From positions 88,412,001 to 88,476,000 of the forward strand of contig NC_092344.1 of the NCBI RefSeq assembly GCF_963676685.1: a stretch of 64,000 nt of DNA, given 5' to 3'. Of this stretch, positions 39,601 through 52,455 are shown one piece after another. How positions within the stretch are numbered: position 1 is the stretch's first letter; each line of letters begins with the position of its first letter. The notes under the pieces are model-generated. The model ran no database searches and was not told the origin of the DNA. It saw only the letters and a list, made by a program, of their open reading frames with translations. This DNA is from Mytilus edulis. Its lineage: Eukaryota. The translations under genes and the position numbers were made by a program.

Positions 39601-41274
39601 AAATGTTTGCATTTCCATGTATGACCAAAACCAAGTTCTGTATTCGTTAATGAACAAAAACCAAAATATTTTTTTCATTAACGTCTAGACAATAACTACA
39701 TGTAACTATGTAATATAGATGAACAATAACAAACAACATATCCATTAATGGACAACACCAAACTGTATATAAATAATTAATTCACACATCACACAAACTA
39801 TATATGTATTCATTAATGGACAAACTAAAAATAATGATTTAGTAAGCATTGGAAAAAGAATTATATACATGTAAACAATGGATCTTGAAAACACAGAAAC
39901 TGTTATGTTGAAAAAATAGACAAATTGATGAATTGAGATTGAGACAACCTTCAACTAAATACCAAGGTACAGAGATGTAAACAACAGCAACTCAATATAC
40001 GCAAAGGACGTACTATTCATACAATAATTTTTCTCTTTTCGCTTTCTGCATTTATTTGTCAAAATTACTTTTACACGAAATTTGGCTTGATATATATAGA
40101 AAACATGCAACATTTATTTCTTTATGCAGTTCTGAATCTCCTCATGCACGCGAGTATCCAAATACTCTTGCTTCAAATTCATATGTAGTTGTTGCGCTGA
40201 TCGTTTAATCGGTATAAAACAATCATATGCATATCTAAAGCTCGTAATTATTTTTACCATGAAAACAGTCTAAGTAGCATTGACACTCATACCACATCTT
40301 ACTATATCTAAGGAGAAAACAAAAAGTCAAACATGGAATAACCACTGTCCTTCAAGATATGTTTTACCTCACTTTAGATTTTGTTCACATTTAATAATGC
40401 GATCAGTCGAAAGCGAAGAAGTACTCAGGATGCTGTGAAAAAAAATCATAATTAAAGGAAAGAAAAAGACGAAATCATTATGTATTTTTTGAATAAATGG
40501 TAACTCATGATTTAATAATTCTTTGAAAAAGAAGTAAATCTTGAATTAACACATTCTTAATATTAAATCAATTGCCTGATATAAGAAAACTTATCTATAG
40601 TCATCTATTCATAGTTGAAATAATCTTGTAAGTATAGTTTAAATTTTGATTTGACCCAGTTTTTAATTCAATTTTAATCTCTTTCATGGTCAAAGCCATA
40701 TATGTACATTTTTTGTTTAATTTTAACTCAAATCTTACAGGATACTTTTTTTTATGGATTATTTGTTCTATCCATCTCTTAATCTGCAAATATAAGTAGT
40801 AATTAAAAGATATGAATAAACATATATATAAAAATAAGTGTCCTTAATCTTTTGATCATCCAACAAATATAGATATCATTCTTAATCCGAGAATGAAGTT
40901 GAAGATGATGCATTCAAGGATAAGTTTAATATGTAGGTCATAATGTAATTAAAAAATAAAATAAATAAAAAGCTCCCAGGTGACAAAATATTATCCAATT
41001 CGATTTCAGGATATAATCATACTTATGGGAATGTCTTAATTCTGATGAAATATACGCTGAAGTAAAATCTAAAGTGCATTCCATAAAATTCCCTGCATGT
41101 GATAAGACTCTCCTTGTCAATTATTACTTCCTGATTACCTGTAGTAATAATAGCAGTGATATTTACGACTATTTGCAGATTTTTGATACTAAAGTATACA
41201 CAAACAAGATTTTGACCATTTCATACAATTACTCATGAAACTTCCTTAAAGATTGCACTTATTAATTATAACTA

Positions 41275-41555
41275 GTAAAAGAGGGACAAAAGATACCAAA
41301 GGGACAGTCAAACGCAAAGACCGAAAATAAACTCACAACGTCATTGCCAAAAAAGAAAACGACAGACAGACAACTTATAGTACACAAGACACAACATAGT
41401 ATACTAAAGAATAAGCAACACGAACCCCACCAAAAACTGTGGTTGATCTCAGGTGCTCTGGAAGGGTAAGAAGATTCTGCTCCATATGTGGCACCCAACG
41501 CGTTGCTTATGTTATTACAAATCCCGTAAATATTATAATTCGGTAAGTTACGTTA
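41275..41555 (-). mobile_element. Retroelement 3' tail repeat (family 4, probably Penelope-like)
   Basis: AAAGAGGGACAAAAGATACC...CACGAACCCCACCAAAAACT...CTCAGGTGCTCTGGAAGGGTAAG. Homologues at 19243-19395 (+), 44175-44365 (+), 51138-51345 (-) and 56030-56300 (+). Confidence 0.65.
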
Positions 41556-43047
41556 GTAACTTCATAACGGCACATTGAGCCTAAATTATTAGATAATATA
41601 AGGTTAGTATACCGATATCTATCAAGTACAGCGAAGCGTCTTCCATATTTGCAGGTTCAGAATAAATTTTAAAATCATGAGATTCAGTTTATCTCCGAAA
41701 GCCACCCCTTTATTGAGCTACAAGTATAGTTAATGCATATATCTTTTACATGTTCTATTCTCATAATGTTACCCAAGTTGGGACCCCATCTTTTTAAATC
41801 TTGAATCAGCATCTGGTAGATTATGTTCTTGAATAATGTAAGACCACCCGACTCAAATCAATCATATAATGCTCTCACATTGCTTAAAGTAGTCTGTACT
41901 TTAATTACATTTATCTGAGCCACTTGATTTTTCCTTTTGAAAATTAAAGTTAACTTATATTGGTATAAGGTTGCATAATCATGATGCGCTCTCGATGTTT
42001 TACTAAATAGATTATATAACAAGTCTTTTGTATCAATTTGTTAATCCAGACTTTACGCGTTTAACACATTTAAAGTTGTAAACATGACCCTGTCTACATG
42101 TATGAATTGTAAATTTCACCTTTCGCTGACAGTGTGTATTCATCTTGTTTACAATACTCCTACTGCTATTTTCACATCTGCCACTGAGTTAATTCATGGT
42201 GTTGTTTATTATTGAATCTACCGGAAGTAAACAAAAATATAGTAAACATCTCAATACACAACAATGGTGTTGTCAATTTACAAGTTGTTATGTCACAAAT
42301 ACTATTTTATGCTTAGATGAATCTAACTACCATATTAGGAAGACCAAGGTGTTTGCTTTTAAGAAACTGATCTTAAATTTGCATATATTACACACACCGA
42401 TTAATTTTATGAATGAAAGGCGACATAAATACACGTTTATTTCCCACAGTGGATGTAGTAAACATGCTCTAGTTTTTGCTCAATTTTGTCGAGTCATATT
42501 CAAGACATAAAACAATTATAGAAATTGACAAACATTATTATGTTACGGGCGAATTCTACATGTATGCAAGTATTTGAAATGTATCACCCTTGCGCAAATT
42601 TTATAAAAGAAGAGACACATGTTTTAACATTTAAACATAAACTACCAACATTGACCCTTTGAAGAATTTGAATGAATTTTCTTGTCAACTCAACTTGGTA
42701 ATGCTAAAAAAGATAAAAATCATATAAGCAAAAATTTCGATTACAATATTCCCACGTTTGTTTTATGGTATATGCAAACATCACACGCAATAAAGCAATC
42801 CCTCTGGGTCTTAAATCTGGTCTTTTCATAGCGTAAGGTTTCATTTTCTTTACTTTATATACGCCATCGCTTTAATTGCAAAATATTTATATTGATACTA
42901 GAGAATGTTTGTAGTAAACCATGTAAAATTCTAGGGACTGGCCGGATTGCAAAGGTGTTTCAATTTTTGCGTGGTATGTGTGCGTGTGGTAATTTTAGTT
43001 CATTTCATACTTTCGGATTTCAAATTTTCGTTTCAAGAAGCTATGAT

Positions 43048-43440
43048 AAATAAATTCATCATAGATACCAGGATTCAAATTTTATGTTTGCGCCAGACGC
43101 GAGTTTCGTCTAACAAAAAATGTTAAAAGGCCAAATAAAGTACGAAGTTGAAGAGCATTGAGGACCAAATATTTCCGAAATGTTTTTCCAAATACCTCTA
43201 AGGAATTCTATTCCTTAGGTAGAAAAGCCTTAGTATATCAAAAATTCAAAGTTTCGTAAACAATTTATTTATAACCATGAACATATCAATGATAACTCGA
43301 GTCAACACAGAAGTGCTGACTACTAGGCTGGTGGTACCCTCGAGTAACTTAAACTCCACCAGCAGTGGTATTGACCCAGCGGTTGTAAATAAACTCATCA
43401 TAGATACAAGAATTCAAATTTTATATTTGAGCCAGACACA
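43048..43440 (-). mobile_element. Retrozyme-like copy, one monomer plus ~50-nt terminal repeat, hammerhead 5' half deleted
   Basis: AAATAAA(T/C)TCATCATAGATAC...GCCAGAC occurs at 43048 and 43387 (period 339). Retains GCCAGACGCGAGTTTCGTCTA but lacks the CTCATCAG part; body aligns with 50183-50542. Confidence 0.75.
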
Positions 43441-44590
43441 AAAAGATAAGTCTAAAAAAAATAGGCCCCATAGTCTTCGAAAGTATTTGTACAGATATTG
43501 CTAAACAATATATATATATATTTGGTATTATATGCATTTTCTTTAAAAAAAAAAATTATATTGGAGATTCGTTCATTAGCATCCAATGAACTCTAAGACG
43601 CTGAAATAATAAAAAAAAATTAGCATATCTAACATGGCAAATTATCGCAATTTTTCAATAAATATATTTATTTTGACATAATTTGTACAGCTTTTAGGAA
43701 GAAGTATGCATTTTCCCATGACCTCTAGTCGATAAGAATGACCCTAAAATTATCTTTCAACTTCAGACAATAGGAAACAATTAACAACCCATGAAAACTA
43801 AAGTATGTATAATTCATAAAGTAATGGATAACGATATTTCACATGGAATTTCATTTGTTCATCAAACTCATCGACAAAATAGGGTCCTTATCTACTCCCC
43901 ACGAAAATGAGCAAATATGATTTTGCTATCATGAAATTTCATAATTTATTTGTATGTGTTAAACAAATTTTTACTTTCACAAAAACATTATATGAATTCT
44001 CTGAATTGCACGCAGCCACAAACTAATCGTGATCGAAGAAGTGCTGCTTCTCAAAATATCTAAGGATCTGTATACATGGTTCATGTATTCTTGATCTATC
44101 TAAAGATATAGATAATTAAAAAAAAATGTTTGATCAAAAATGGAACATGCCCACAAACTTTATGCATTTCACTTGTGTAAAGGGAGCTGCATACCCATAT
44201 AACTTATTGATCTCGTTGACGATTTTTAAAGGCTGTTTTTCTTGATCAATCTTAAGTTTTATGTGTTGTGTTTAAAGGGTTAGAGTATTTTTGCACTGTT
44301 TTTTTTTTGTCTACGGTGTTGTCTACTCTAATTCTGATTGTGCCCTTTGTTTTACTATGTTGCTTATTTTGACTGTCCCCATGGTTTTACTTTGTTGCTT
44401 ATTAAAACACCCCCTTGCTATTACTTTTTCTCTAATTTCCATTGTTCCCCTGGTATTACATTTAATTGCTAGTTTTGATGTTTCCCCTTGGTATTTTTTG
44501 TTGCGATGCATGATATGTAGGTTGTGTACTATCAAGGTGTGACGAAGTTCTGAATAGTATCTCTATTTTCAAATTGATTCTATAACATCA

Positions 44591-45055
44591 TTATGTCCCA
44601 CCTACGATAGTAGAGGGGCATTGTGTTTTCTGGTCTGTGGCTCCGTTCGTCCGTCCGTCCGTCCGTGCGTCTGTGGTTCCGTTCGTCCGTCCAGGTTAAA
44701 GTTTTTGGTCATGGTAGTTTTTAATGAAGCTGAAGTCCAATCAACTTGAAACTTAGTACACTTGTTGCTTATGAGATGATCTTTCTAATTTTAAGCCAAA
44801 TTAGACTTTTGACCCCAATTTCACGGTCAACTGAACATAGAAAATGAAAGTGGGAGTTTCAGGTTAAAGTTTTTTGTCAAGGTAGTTTTTGATGAAGCTG
44901 AAGTCCAACCAAGAAACTTAGTACACTTGTTGCTTATGATATGATCTTTCTAATTTTAATTCCAAATTAGATAATTACCCAATTTCACGGTCCTTGGAAC
45001 ATGGAAAAGGATAGTGCGAGTGGGACATCCGTGTACTTTGGACACATTCTTGTTT
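44591..45055 (+). mobile_element. Complete Helentron-associated interspersed element (HINE; DINE-1/pearl-like)
   Basis: 5' ATGTCCCAC subterminal IR in a hairpin, (GTCC)n microsatellite, two 168-bp cores (CAGGTTAAAG at 44692 and 44860), inverse GTGGGACAT at 45020, 3' hairpin GTGTAC-ttt-GGACAC, ends CTTGTTT. Confidence 0.8.
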
Positions 45056-46084
45056 AGAATGAATTCCTCTGAAACAATGAGAAATTAATTAACTGGGACA
45101 AGGCCTGGTTTGATTATTACAAATCGGAAAGAGCCCCTTGTAATATTTGTATTTATCAATGATTTAATTGCGACGGTACAGGTACCCTGTAGTAGCTACG
45201 CTTTTAGTGACGTCAACAGCTCTCATTATCACAAATGTATCATAACATTACGTTTACCCTGCTTTCAAAGATTGCTTAATGAAAACATTAATATAACGAT
45301 ACATAATGTGTGATTCGGAATGTGCTAGGAAGTCATAAAAGAGCAAATCAAACATATCCAGATTGACATACAGTGCTAACAAACGAACTGATTCCTTATT
45401 AATCCAATGAAATGAATAGGAAATAAACACTAAAAATTATAAACAGAATAATTGACAATTTGCGTCATAACAATATTTAACATTGTCAATCGAATAATTC
45501 ATTACAAATAATCTATATTGAATCAAAAATCTAAAATTTGACCAAATCACGCAACACTTTTTTCAAAAAGACTGACATCTGTATGTTTGATTTTTAAAGA
45601 ACACCAAACTGAAAATTAAAGGCAATTGAAATATCGTGTAATTCATTACCGTCATATAAAGATTTTTGTTAAGGTTGCAACACCCTCTTTCCGGTTAACC
45701 TTGGGTTATTAAATATTCACTGATTATCGCTTATTAATAGATACAATTTAAGTCTTAACTATAAGATACAATCTAAAAATCTAAAACTTTCGCCCATTTC
45801 TTTTTATAATTACTTGAAAGGCAACTGAATGTCGTTCATAATAGCTAAATGACTCCGGAAGAATTTAATGAAAATTGTACACTGCTGTCCACCAAGTATA
45901 AGTGGACGTATAGTTGTTAAAAATAATTACATCGAAGAATACACCTATGTTTTCAATCTGTAAAAATCCATTTTTTTTCAAAATGTAGTTTTAAAAATTG
46001 CAACAACTTGTAAATAGGAAACGCAGAAAATCATCAGTAAACTCTGAATGGATCATGTATGTTGATACTTCTGCATGTTTCTCT

Positions 46085-46420
46085 CCTGGGTTTTATGGTC
46101 ATCATCACGAATTAGTTGATCGTTACGATGTGTCTGTGACTCCATCAACTAGCGACATGAGTCGCGGTCTATACATCTTTAGATACAAGATTATAGAAAT
46201 CAGAACGGAAATTTAACTGTTTATGTTTTTATTGCAACTGTGATATTTTGACTGTGTTTATTCGCATGGCGGGTGATGCATGCGTAACAGATGACTCTTA
46301 GACGCATTAGGTATCCCTCCTTTTAGAGTTCGTGCGATTTCCCGAGTTGTAATCTGTTACACTTGTATCTTCTGAATCGATTTATATGATTTAAACATCG
46401 GTAACATACTCTTTCCTTTT
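46085..46420 (+). mobile_element. Decayed retroelement end with RT C-terminal remnant (Penelope-like)
   Basis: Translates FYGHHHELVDRYDVSVTPSTSDM, resembling the FYGRHHxLVDRYxISVSQMTxDM C-terminus I recall from mollusc Penelope-like RTs; followed by a decayed family-4 tail. Confidence 0.5.
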
Positions 46421-48027
46421 TGCCCATATTGGATTTCTATTTAACATTATCTGTTTGTTATACTAATATTTTTTCTTTCCTATTGTAATTCGTTTTGGTT
46501 GTTTCTCCATACCGATATAATGCACATTAGCTGTTTCAGATTAAAGATATTTATAGTTATTCATAATGAGTTAAGTCTTTTATCTTAACTTCAGTACTCT
46601 GTGTTGAGTTAACATCAATATTTTTATTGATGGAATATGTTAGTTGTTTGTGTATTCTTTACTAAAGTATACCCTACGTCTACTTGTAAAATCCCTGAAT
46701 TATTGAATATTTGATTTTTTGTGTCATTGCAAATGTAAGATTAACATATTATGAACATAATAGATAAATCATCGAATTTACATTAAATTTTATCGTAAAC
46801 TGCATGATTTTTTTTTAAATATGTCAAAATGACATTAACTAGATAGCAGTGTAAACTGCATTCGCTTAAAAGGAATGTATGGTTAAGTTTAAAAACTATA
46901 CATCTTCCTTGGGTTTTTTTTCCCGAAGATAATCACGTGTTTAGACAAAAGGTAAGTATAATCCATTCATGGTTGATCTTCGTAGTATGATTGACTGCTG
47001 TTTATTTAACGTTTACTACCAAATCATCAGCCATTAGTTAATTGTTATGACATCACAAGTCGCGTTTAAATATTCGATGCTTCATTTTATCACTTCAATT
47101 ACTAAGTATTAGTTTCAAATCTTGCAATCAATGTCTATTTCCAAGAATGTTTAAGAGCCGATTTTAATACCAAATATAGATGTAGTTCATTGTAACAATT
47201 TGCCTTGTATTCACCATAACCATTGATAACAACAGCTATCAAACTGATTTATTACAACGTGCATGCTACATGACAATCCGAAAGACAAATATAACTGATC
47301 ACTTGACTCAATAAATTGTTCTATAATTAGTTAATTAAAGCCATCCTCCACAGATATCGAACGGCGACAATTTTTTTGTCTAGTAGTGGTATGTACAAAC
47401 TAGCAGTTTCTGGTAAATACGACACAACTAAGGTCTTCTGACTGCAACTGTTGGTCATAAATATTAAATCAAATGATAGAATTTTTAATATCAATGATTT
47501 TAACATTTGTATAACACGTAAACTAAACGGTCAATAAATAGAGATCCTTGTATTTCTCTATTATTATTTATATGTGAACGTTGGCATACAATTAACAGTA
47601 ATTAATTGAAGAAATATTTATATAAACACTGACTTGAATTAATGTAAAAATTTTCAAAGCCAAATTTTCAAATATCATCGATGATATTCTTTTAGTTTTC
47701 ATTCAAGTATCCCGGAGTGCTCCCCAATATATCTTGTGTTGGCGTTGTGGATTTTTTTTAATTCTTGTTAAAATAATTGAAGTTAATTGATACTCGAGAC
47801 TTAATAAAAACGTCATTAGATCGCTTTAAAGGCCACGTTGAATTGATTTTGATTCATTATGTACATTTATAATTGTTCAATTGTAAAGAATTAAACAAGT
47901 AGAAATCAATCAACAGTATTTGGTCCTAATTATTTACTAAAAATAAACAAAACTAATCGAAATATGTATTCACAGACAAAATTATATGAAATACCATGAT
48001 ACCATATGTGTTATATATGTTATTTAT

Positions 48028-48250
48028 TAACTGTTTACAAAACTTTTAATTTTTGAAAAACTAAGGCCTTTTCCACCCTAGGAATAGATTACTAAGTCAG
48101 TATTTTTGTGATTTTACTTTTTACATTAGCTGTATTTGGCAAAACATTTAGGAATTTTCATTCTAGCGTTACTGATGAGTCTTCTGTAGACAAAACGCGC
48201 GTCTGGCGCAAATATAAAATTTTAGGATAATCTATGATGAGTTTATTTAT
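48028..48250 (+). mobile_element. Partial retrozyme-like copy with hammerhead at 48165-48209 (G12>A)
   Basis: AGCGTTA-CTGATGA-GTCT tctgt AGAC-aAAA-CGCGCG-TC-TGGCGC. Confidence 0.75.
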
Positions 48251-49769
48251 TACTAGTAAATACGTGTTAATATGAACTTTATATTTCAAAGAAGATTTTT
48301 TTCACAAGGTAAAATAACCTTAAGATCTCAAAATTTCTTTTATGAATTTAAAACAGAACAAGACCGGATGCGTTAAATTGGTAAGCATCTTCTGTTATAC
48401 ATGCATCAATTCGAGTCTTCAACCAGTGAAACATTCACAACAGGGTGATAGGACACAATCGGTAGATTTACAGATTAGACAACTATATACTGGTACCTAT
48501 AGATCTAAGATATCGATCATGGTATTTAGCTTGTAAATTGAAACACAGACAAATTGTACCGGTTAATTATTTCGTGATTGTGACCTTAAAACGTAAGTTA
48601 TATCTGAGTATGTCATTCTCCGTCATAACTGTTCCAACGACATCAACTGACTAACTTGTGGGTCAAAAGATGAAAACGCTAGAGCTTACTGGGTAATGCT
48701 GCACTTATATGAAAGTAGATGGGTCTTAATAAAGGTAACAGTTATTAACCGATATTCAAATCTCATAAACTATTCAAGGAGATACAAATCAAGGTACAAA
48801 AAACAAGATTCGACACCTAAAGGAACGAAAAACAAGTTATGTAAAAAAAACATATTCTGATAATGAAAAGATTCCAAAGTAAAAGGACGCGTACATGTTT
48901 GTGTCTCGTGTATTCTGTTCAACTTAGATGTCATTACGTCAAAATAATCAAACTGAGAACGCAATGAAAACTGTACACGTGTATATAAGGCTGAATGTAC
49001 CTTATGTGAATTAAATGTCAAATGTCAACAGGTTTCCGATTCGAAAACACCCCAATCCCAATCCCAACAGACACCGAAACAAACACACCGAAGATGAATA
49101 GTTGGTTGTAAATAGCGTACGACGAAAATAATAACGATTTATATTAGATGTAAAGAGAAAATTTGGGTTCTTAAACATTTTTTCTGCTACAGAATCGACC
49201 CTATCAAATCTGTCTTTAGTAGCAGTATAACATCGACTTAAGCATTCAGAACTTATTGAGTAATTCTAAAAAAAAAACACAATAATTCAATCATACAAAA
49301 AATAAGGATGTTTTAGTATCATTCATTATTTTTTTCATATCTATTTTATTTATTTATTTCTTTGCTAGTTTCATCAGTATTGTTTTAAACAAAATCTTCT
49401 GGGATATCGTTGTTACTATTCATAATTTTTTAGAATGGTTCGTTAATTTTAATTATTTAATAAAAGCAATAGTTGAAAACCGCTGTTCAATAGTCATAAT
49501 TCGATTAAGCAAAATAAAATCCGAGTAGCAAACTAAAACTGAAAGAACATTAAAAATTGTAACTATTAATTCTTTCAATATAATTAGCTTTATATATACT
49601 GTAAATATTATTAACAACATATGTATCATTCCATGAAGTTGTGTAATACTGTCCAATCTCAGAGGATGCAATGGTCACTGTGTGGTCCAATTATGATAAG
49701 TTACCTGAAATAAACACACGAACGTGCTCGTTGAACTGCTTTTTTTTTTCTTTCAAAAGGGAACATCTT

Positions 49770-50176
49770 ATTTTTACATTTAAGACTGTAACTATTTTTC
49801 ATTTTTTTTTATCTTTGTATCTCTGTCCTATATTTTATCCCATTTATTTGTATTTAATCCTATCATGTAATGTTGTCATTTTAATGTTATATTCAACATT
49901 GCCATTAAAGCGGTAGGTTTGGCATGCCACAAAACCAGGTTCAACCAACCATTTTCCTTCTTAAAATGTTCTGCACCTAGTCAGGAAAATGGCCTTTGTT
50001 ATATTATAGTTCGTTTCTGTGTGTGTTACATTTTACTGTTGTGTTTCTGTTTTGTCGTAGTTTTCCTTTTATATTTGATGCGTTTCCCTCAGTTTTAGTT
50101 TGTAACACGGATTTGGTTTTTTTTCTCAATCGATTTATGAATTTCGAACAGCGGTATACTAATGTTGCCTTTATTT
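49770..50176 (+). mobile_element. SINE-like interspersed repeat family 3
   Basis: AAAACCAGGTTCAACCAACCATTTT...AGTCAGGAAAATGGC...GAACAGCGGTATACTAATGTTGCCTTTATT. Inverse copies at 57565-57845 and 49458-49555; fragment at 57058-57098. Confidence 0.7.
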
Positions 50177-50182
50177 GTATCT

Positions 50183-50542
50183 AATAGTTATCAAAGGTAC
50201 CAGGATTATAATTTAGGACGCCGACGCGCGTTTCGTCTACATAAGACTCATCAGTGACGCTCAAATCGAAATATTGATAAAGCCAAACATGTACAAAGTT
50301 GAAGAGCATTGAGGATCCAATATTCCAAAAAGTTGTGCCAAATACGGCTAAGGTAATCTATGCCTGGAATAAGAAAATCCTTAGTTTTTCGAAAAATTCA
50401 AAGTTTTGTAAACAGGAAATTTATAAAAATGACCACATTATTGATATTCATGTCAACACCGAAATGTTGACTACTGGGCTGGTGATACCCTCGGGGACGA
50501 AACGTCCACCAGCAGTGGCATGGACCCAGTGGTTTAAATAGT
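50183..50542 (-). mobile_element. Full-length ~354-nt hammerhead-carrying retrozyme-like monomer
   Basis: Homologous to five other copies in the window. Bounded by a 6-nt terminal redundancy (AATAGT at 50183 and 50537, period 354); non-coding; contains a type I hammerhead. Confidence 0.8.
50217..50262 (-). ncRNA. Type I hammerhead ribozyme (intact core, minimal palindromic stem III)
   Basis: Minus strand reads GAGCGTCA-CTGATGA-GTCT tatgt AGAC-GAAA-C GCGC G-TC-GGCGTC: CUGAUGA and GAAA boxes, 4-bp stem II, GUC cleavage triplet. One U is missing from stem I relative to sibling copies. Confidence 0.85.
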
Positions 50543-50789
50543 AAATATGCATTAAAACTGGCTTCAACTTCCTCATCAAACAGGACTGTTCAAAATCCTT
50601 ATCAGATAGCTGTTTACACATTTAAGAACTGCCTCTTACAATTTTACCATAGAACAGTTAATGACCTTCTACACTATAACAGATTCTGAGAATTATTCCC
50701 TAGACCAGTTCTATGATAGATATGTTCTAAAGAGTTTTATAACATATTATTCTGACAGTTCTGAATAGATATTAAAATTGATTCGAGCT

Positions 50790-50956
50790 GTACTTCCAGA
50801 TAAAAATGTTATAACTTTTTCGTCATTTCAGGATGCTAACTCAAAAATGTCAATTGGCAAATGGAGAAAGATTCGGGAAAAATGAACATTTTTGACAGAT
50901 CAGAGATAGGAGATGAAGATCATAATAAAAGAATGTCCCGCATTGCAAACGAAATA
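50790..50956 (+). pseudogene. LINE ORF2 C-terminal remnant (CR1/L2-group-like)
   Basis: With frameshifts: VLPDKNVITFSSFQDANSKMSIGKWRKIREK / SEIGDEDH / IKECPAL, matching the FRxxNHKLPIExGRW...EIGDEFHYILECP tail of non-LTR RTs. Confidence 0.5.
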
Positions 50957-51904
50957 AATTTGGTACTCTTTGCCATATCTGCATACTGTTAACATATTCA
51001 TTGTATTATACAATCAGCGCAAAGTCTTATGTCATCACATTTATGAGAATTGTAATGGATTTTGATGGTTGTGTTGCATAAAATCTAGAATTCAGAAAAT
51101 ATTCAAAAGATGGTTATAACTTTTATTCGAGGTTTAAAACAGAGGCAAAAGATACCAAAGTTACAATATGACAATTCTCAAGTAATGCTATGGCAAAAAC
51201 AAATGACAAAAAGACAAACAACAGTACACAAAACATAACATAGAAAACCACAGACTAAACAACACAAACCCCAACAAAAACTGGGGGTGAACTCAGGGGC
51301 TTCTGACAGATAAGAAGATACTGCTAAACATGTGGCACCCGTCTGTTAGCCCATCTTTAAATATTACCTCCGATAAAGTGAGTTCTGATAAATAGTTCTT
51401 ACAAGATAAATACCATAATCGATATCTTAGACCTATAGGTACCAGGATATGTAATTTTATTATGTGTACTGCAAATTTATTTTTGGACATACATTCAAGC
51501 TATTTGTTTTATGACGATTATTCTTGGAACTCGTAATTCATTTTTTATACCTTTTATGGAATTTAAACACTGATATCAGGCAAGCTTATACCAAAAGTAT
51601 TTACATCACGTAACAATGCCGCATATATTTTGATTGGTCACGTTGTATCATTTCTTAGAATAGTTCGTTCTTATCTAAATAAGGGAACCTTGAAATATTT
51701 ATCTTATTATATGGTTTATGTGTAATACTACCAAACTTAGTACGTCTCACCCGGTTTCTTATTAAAATGGGACCAAAAAAGTCCCTAAAAATTACGTTCT
51801 TTTAAAATAAACCTAGCATTTCATTCCAAAAAATATATATATTTTTGATGTTTGAAAAACTATTTAGCCTTCTTTTATGTGGTGATCTGGTTATTCAGGC
51901 TTGT

Positions 51905-52110
51905 TTTCGAAAAACTAAGGATTTTTCTTATCCAAGGAATAGATTAACTTAGCTGTATTTGACACACAATTTTGGTTCCTCAATGCTCTTCAACTTTGTA
52001 CTTGTTTGGTTTTATCGCTATTATGATCTTAGCGTCACTGATGAGTCTTATGTAGACAAAACAAGCGTCTGGCTTATTAGATTATAATCCTGGTACCTTT
52101 GATAACCATT
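51905..52110 (+). mobile_element. Partial retrozyme-like copy with decayed hammerhead at 52031-52075
   Basis: AGCGTCA-CTGATGA-GTCT tatgt AGAC-aAAA-CaaGCG-TC-TGGC followed by ATCCTGGTACCTTTGATAAC. Confidence 0.75.
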
Positions 52111-52254
52111 GTAAAAATGCGTGAAAAGTTGTTTTGACTGTTGAATGTTATTTCCTATACGCAATGAAATGTTGTGTGAAATTTTCACTGTTGTACTGGA
52201 CAAGATGAAACTTGATAAATGCCAAGTAATATTTGAAACAAAGGTAAAAAAAGA

Positions 52255-52455
52255 ATAAAAAAAAACTCCGAGGAAAATTCAAAACAGAAAGTTCCTAATC
52301 AAATGGAAAAACCAAAAGCTCAAACACATCAAACGAATTGATAACAACTGTCATTTACCTTACATGGTACAGACAGTTTCGTATGTAGAAAATTGTGGAT
52401 TGATCTTGATTTTGAAGCTAGCTAAACCTCTCACTTGTATGACAGCCGCATCCAA
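52255..52455 (-). mobile_element. SINE-like family 2 copy
   Basis: Aligns with 63165-63363. Confidence 0.7.

Noticed and set aside
50299-50541. 80-aa ORF, and a similar ORF at 43277-43504
   Set aside because: Both lie antisense within the non-coding retrozyme-like unit; the reading frame is not preserved over the length of the copies.
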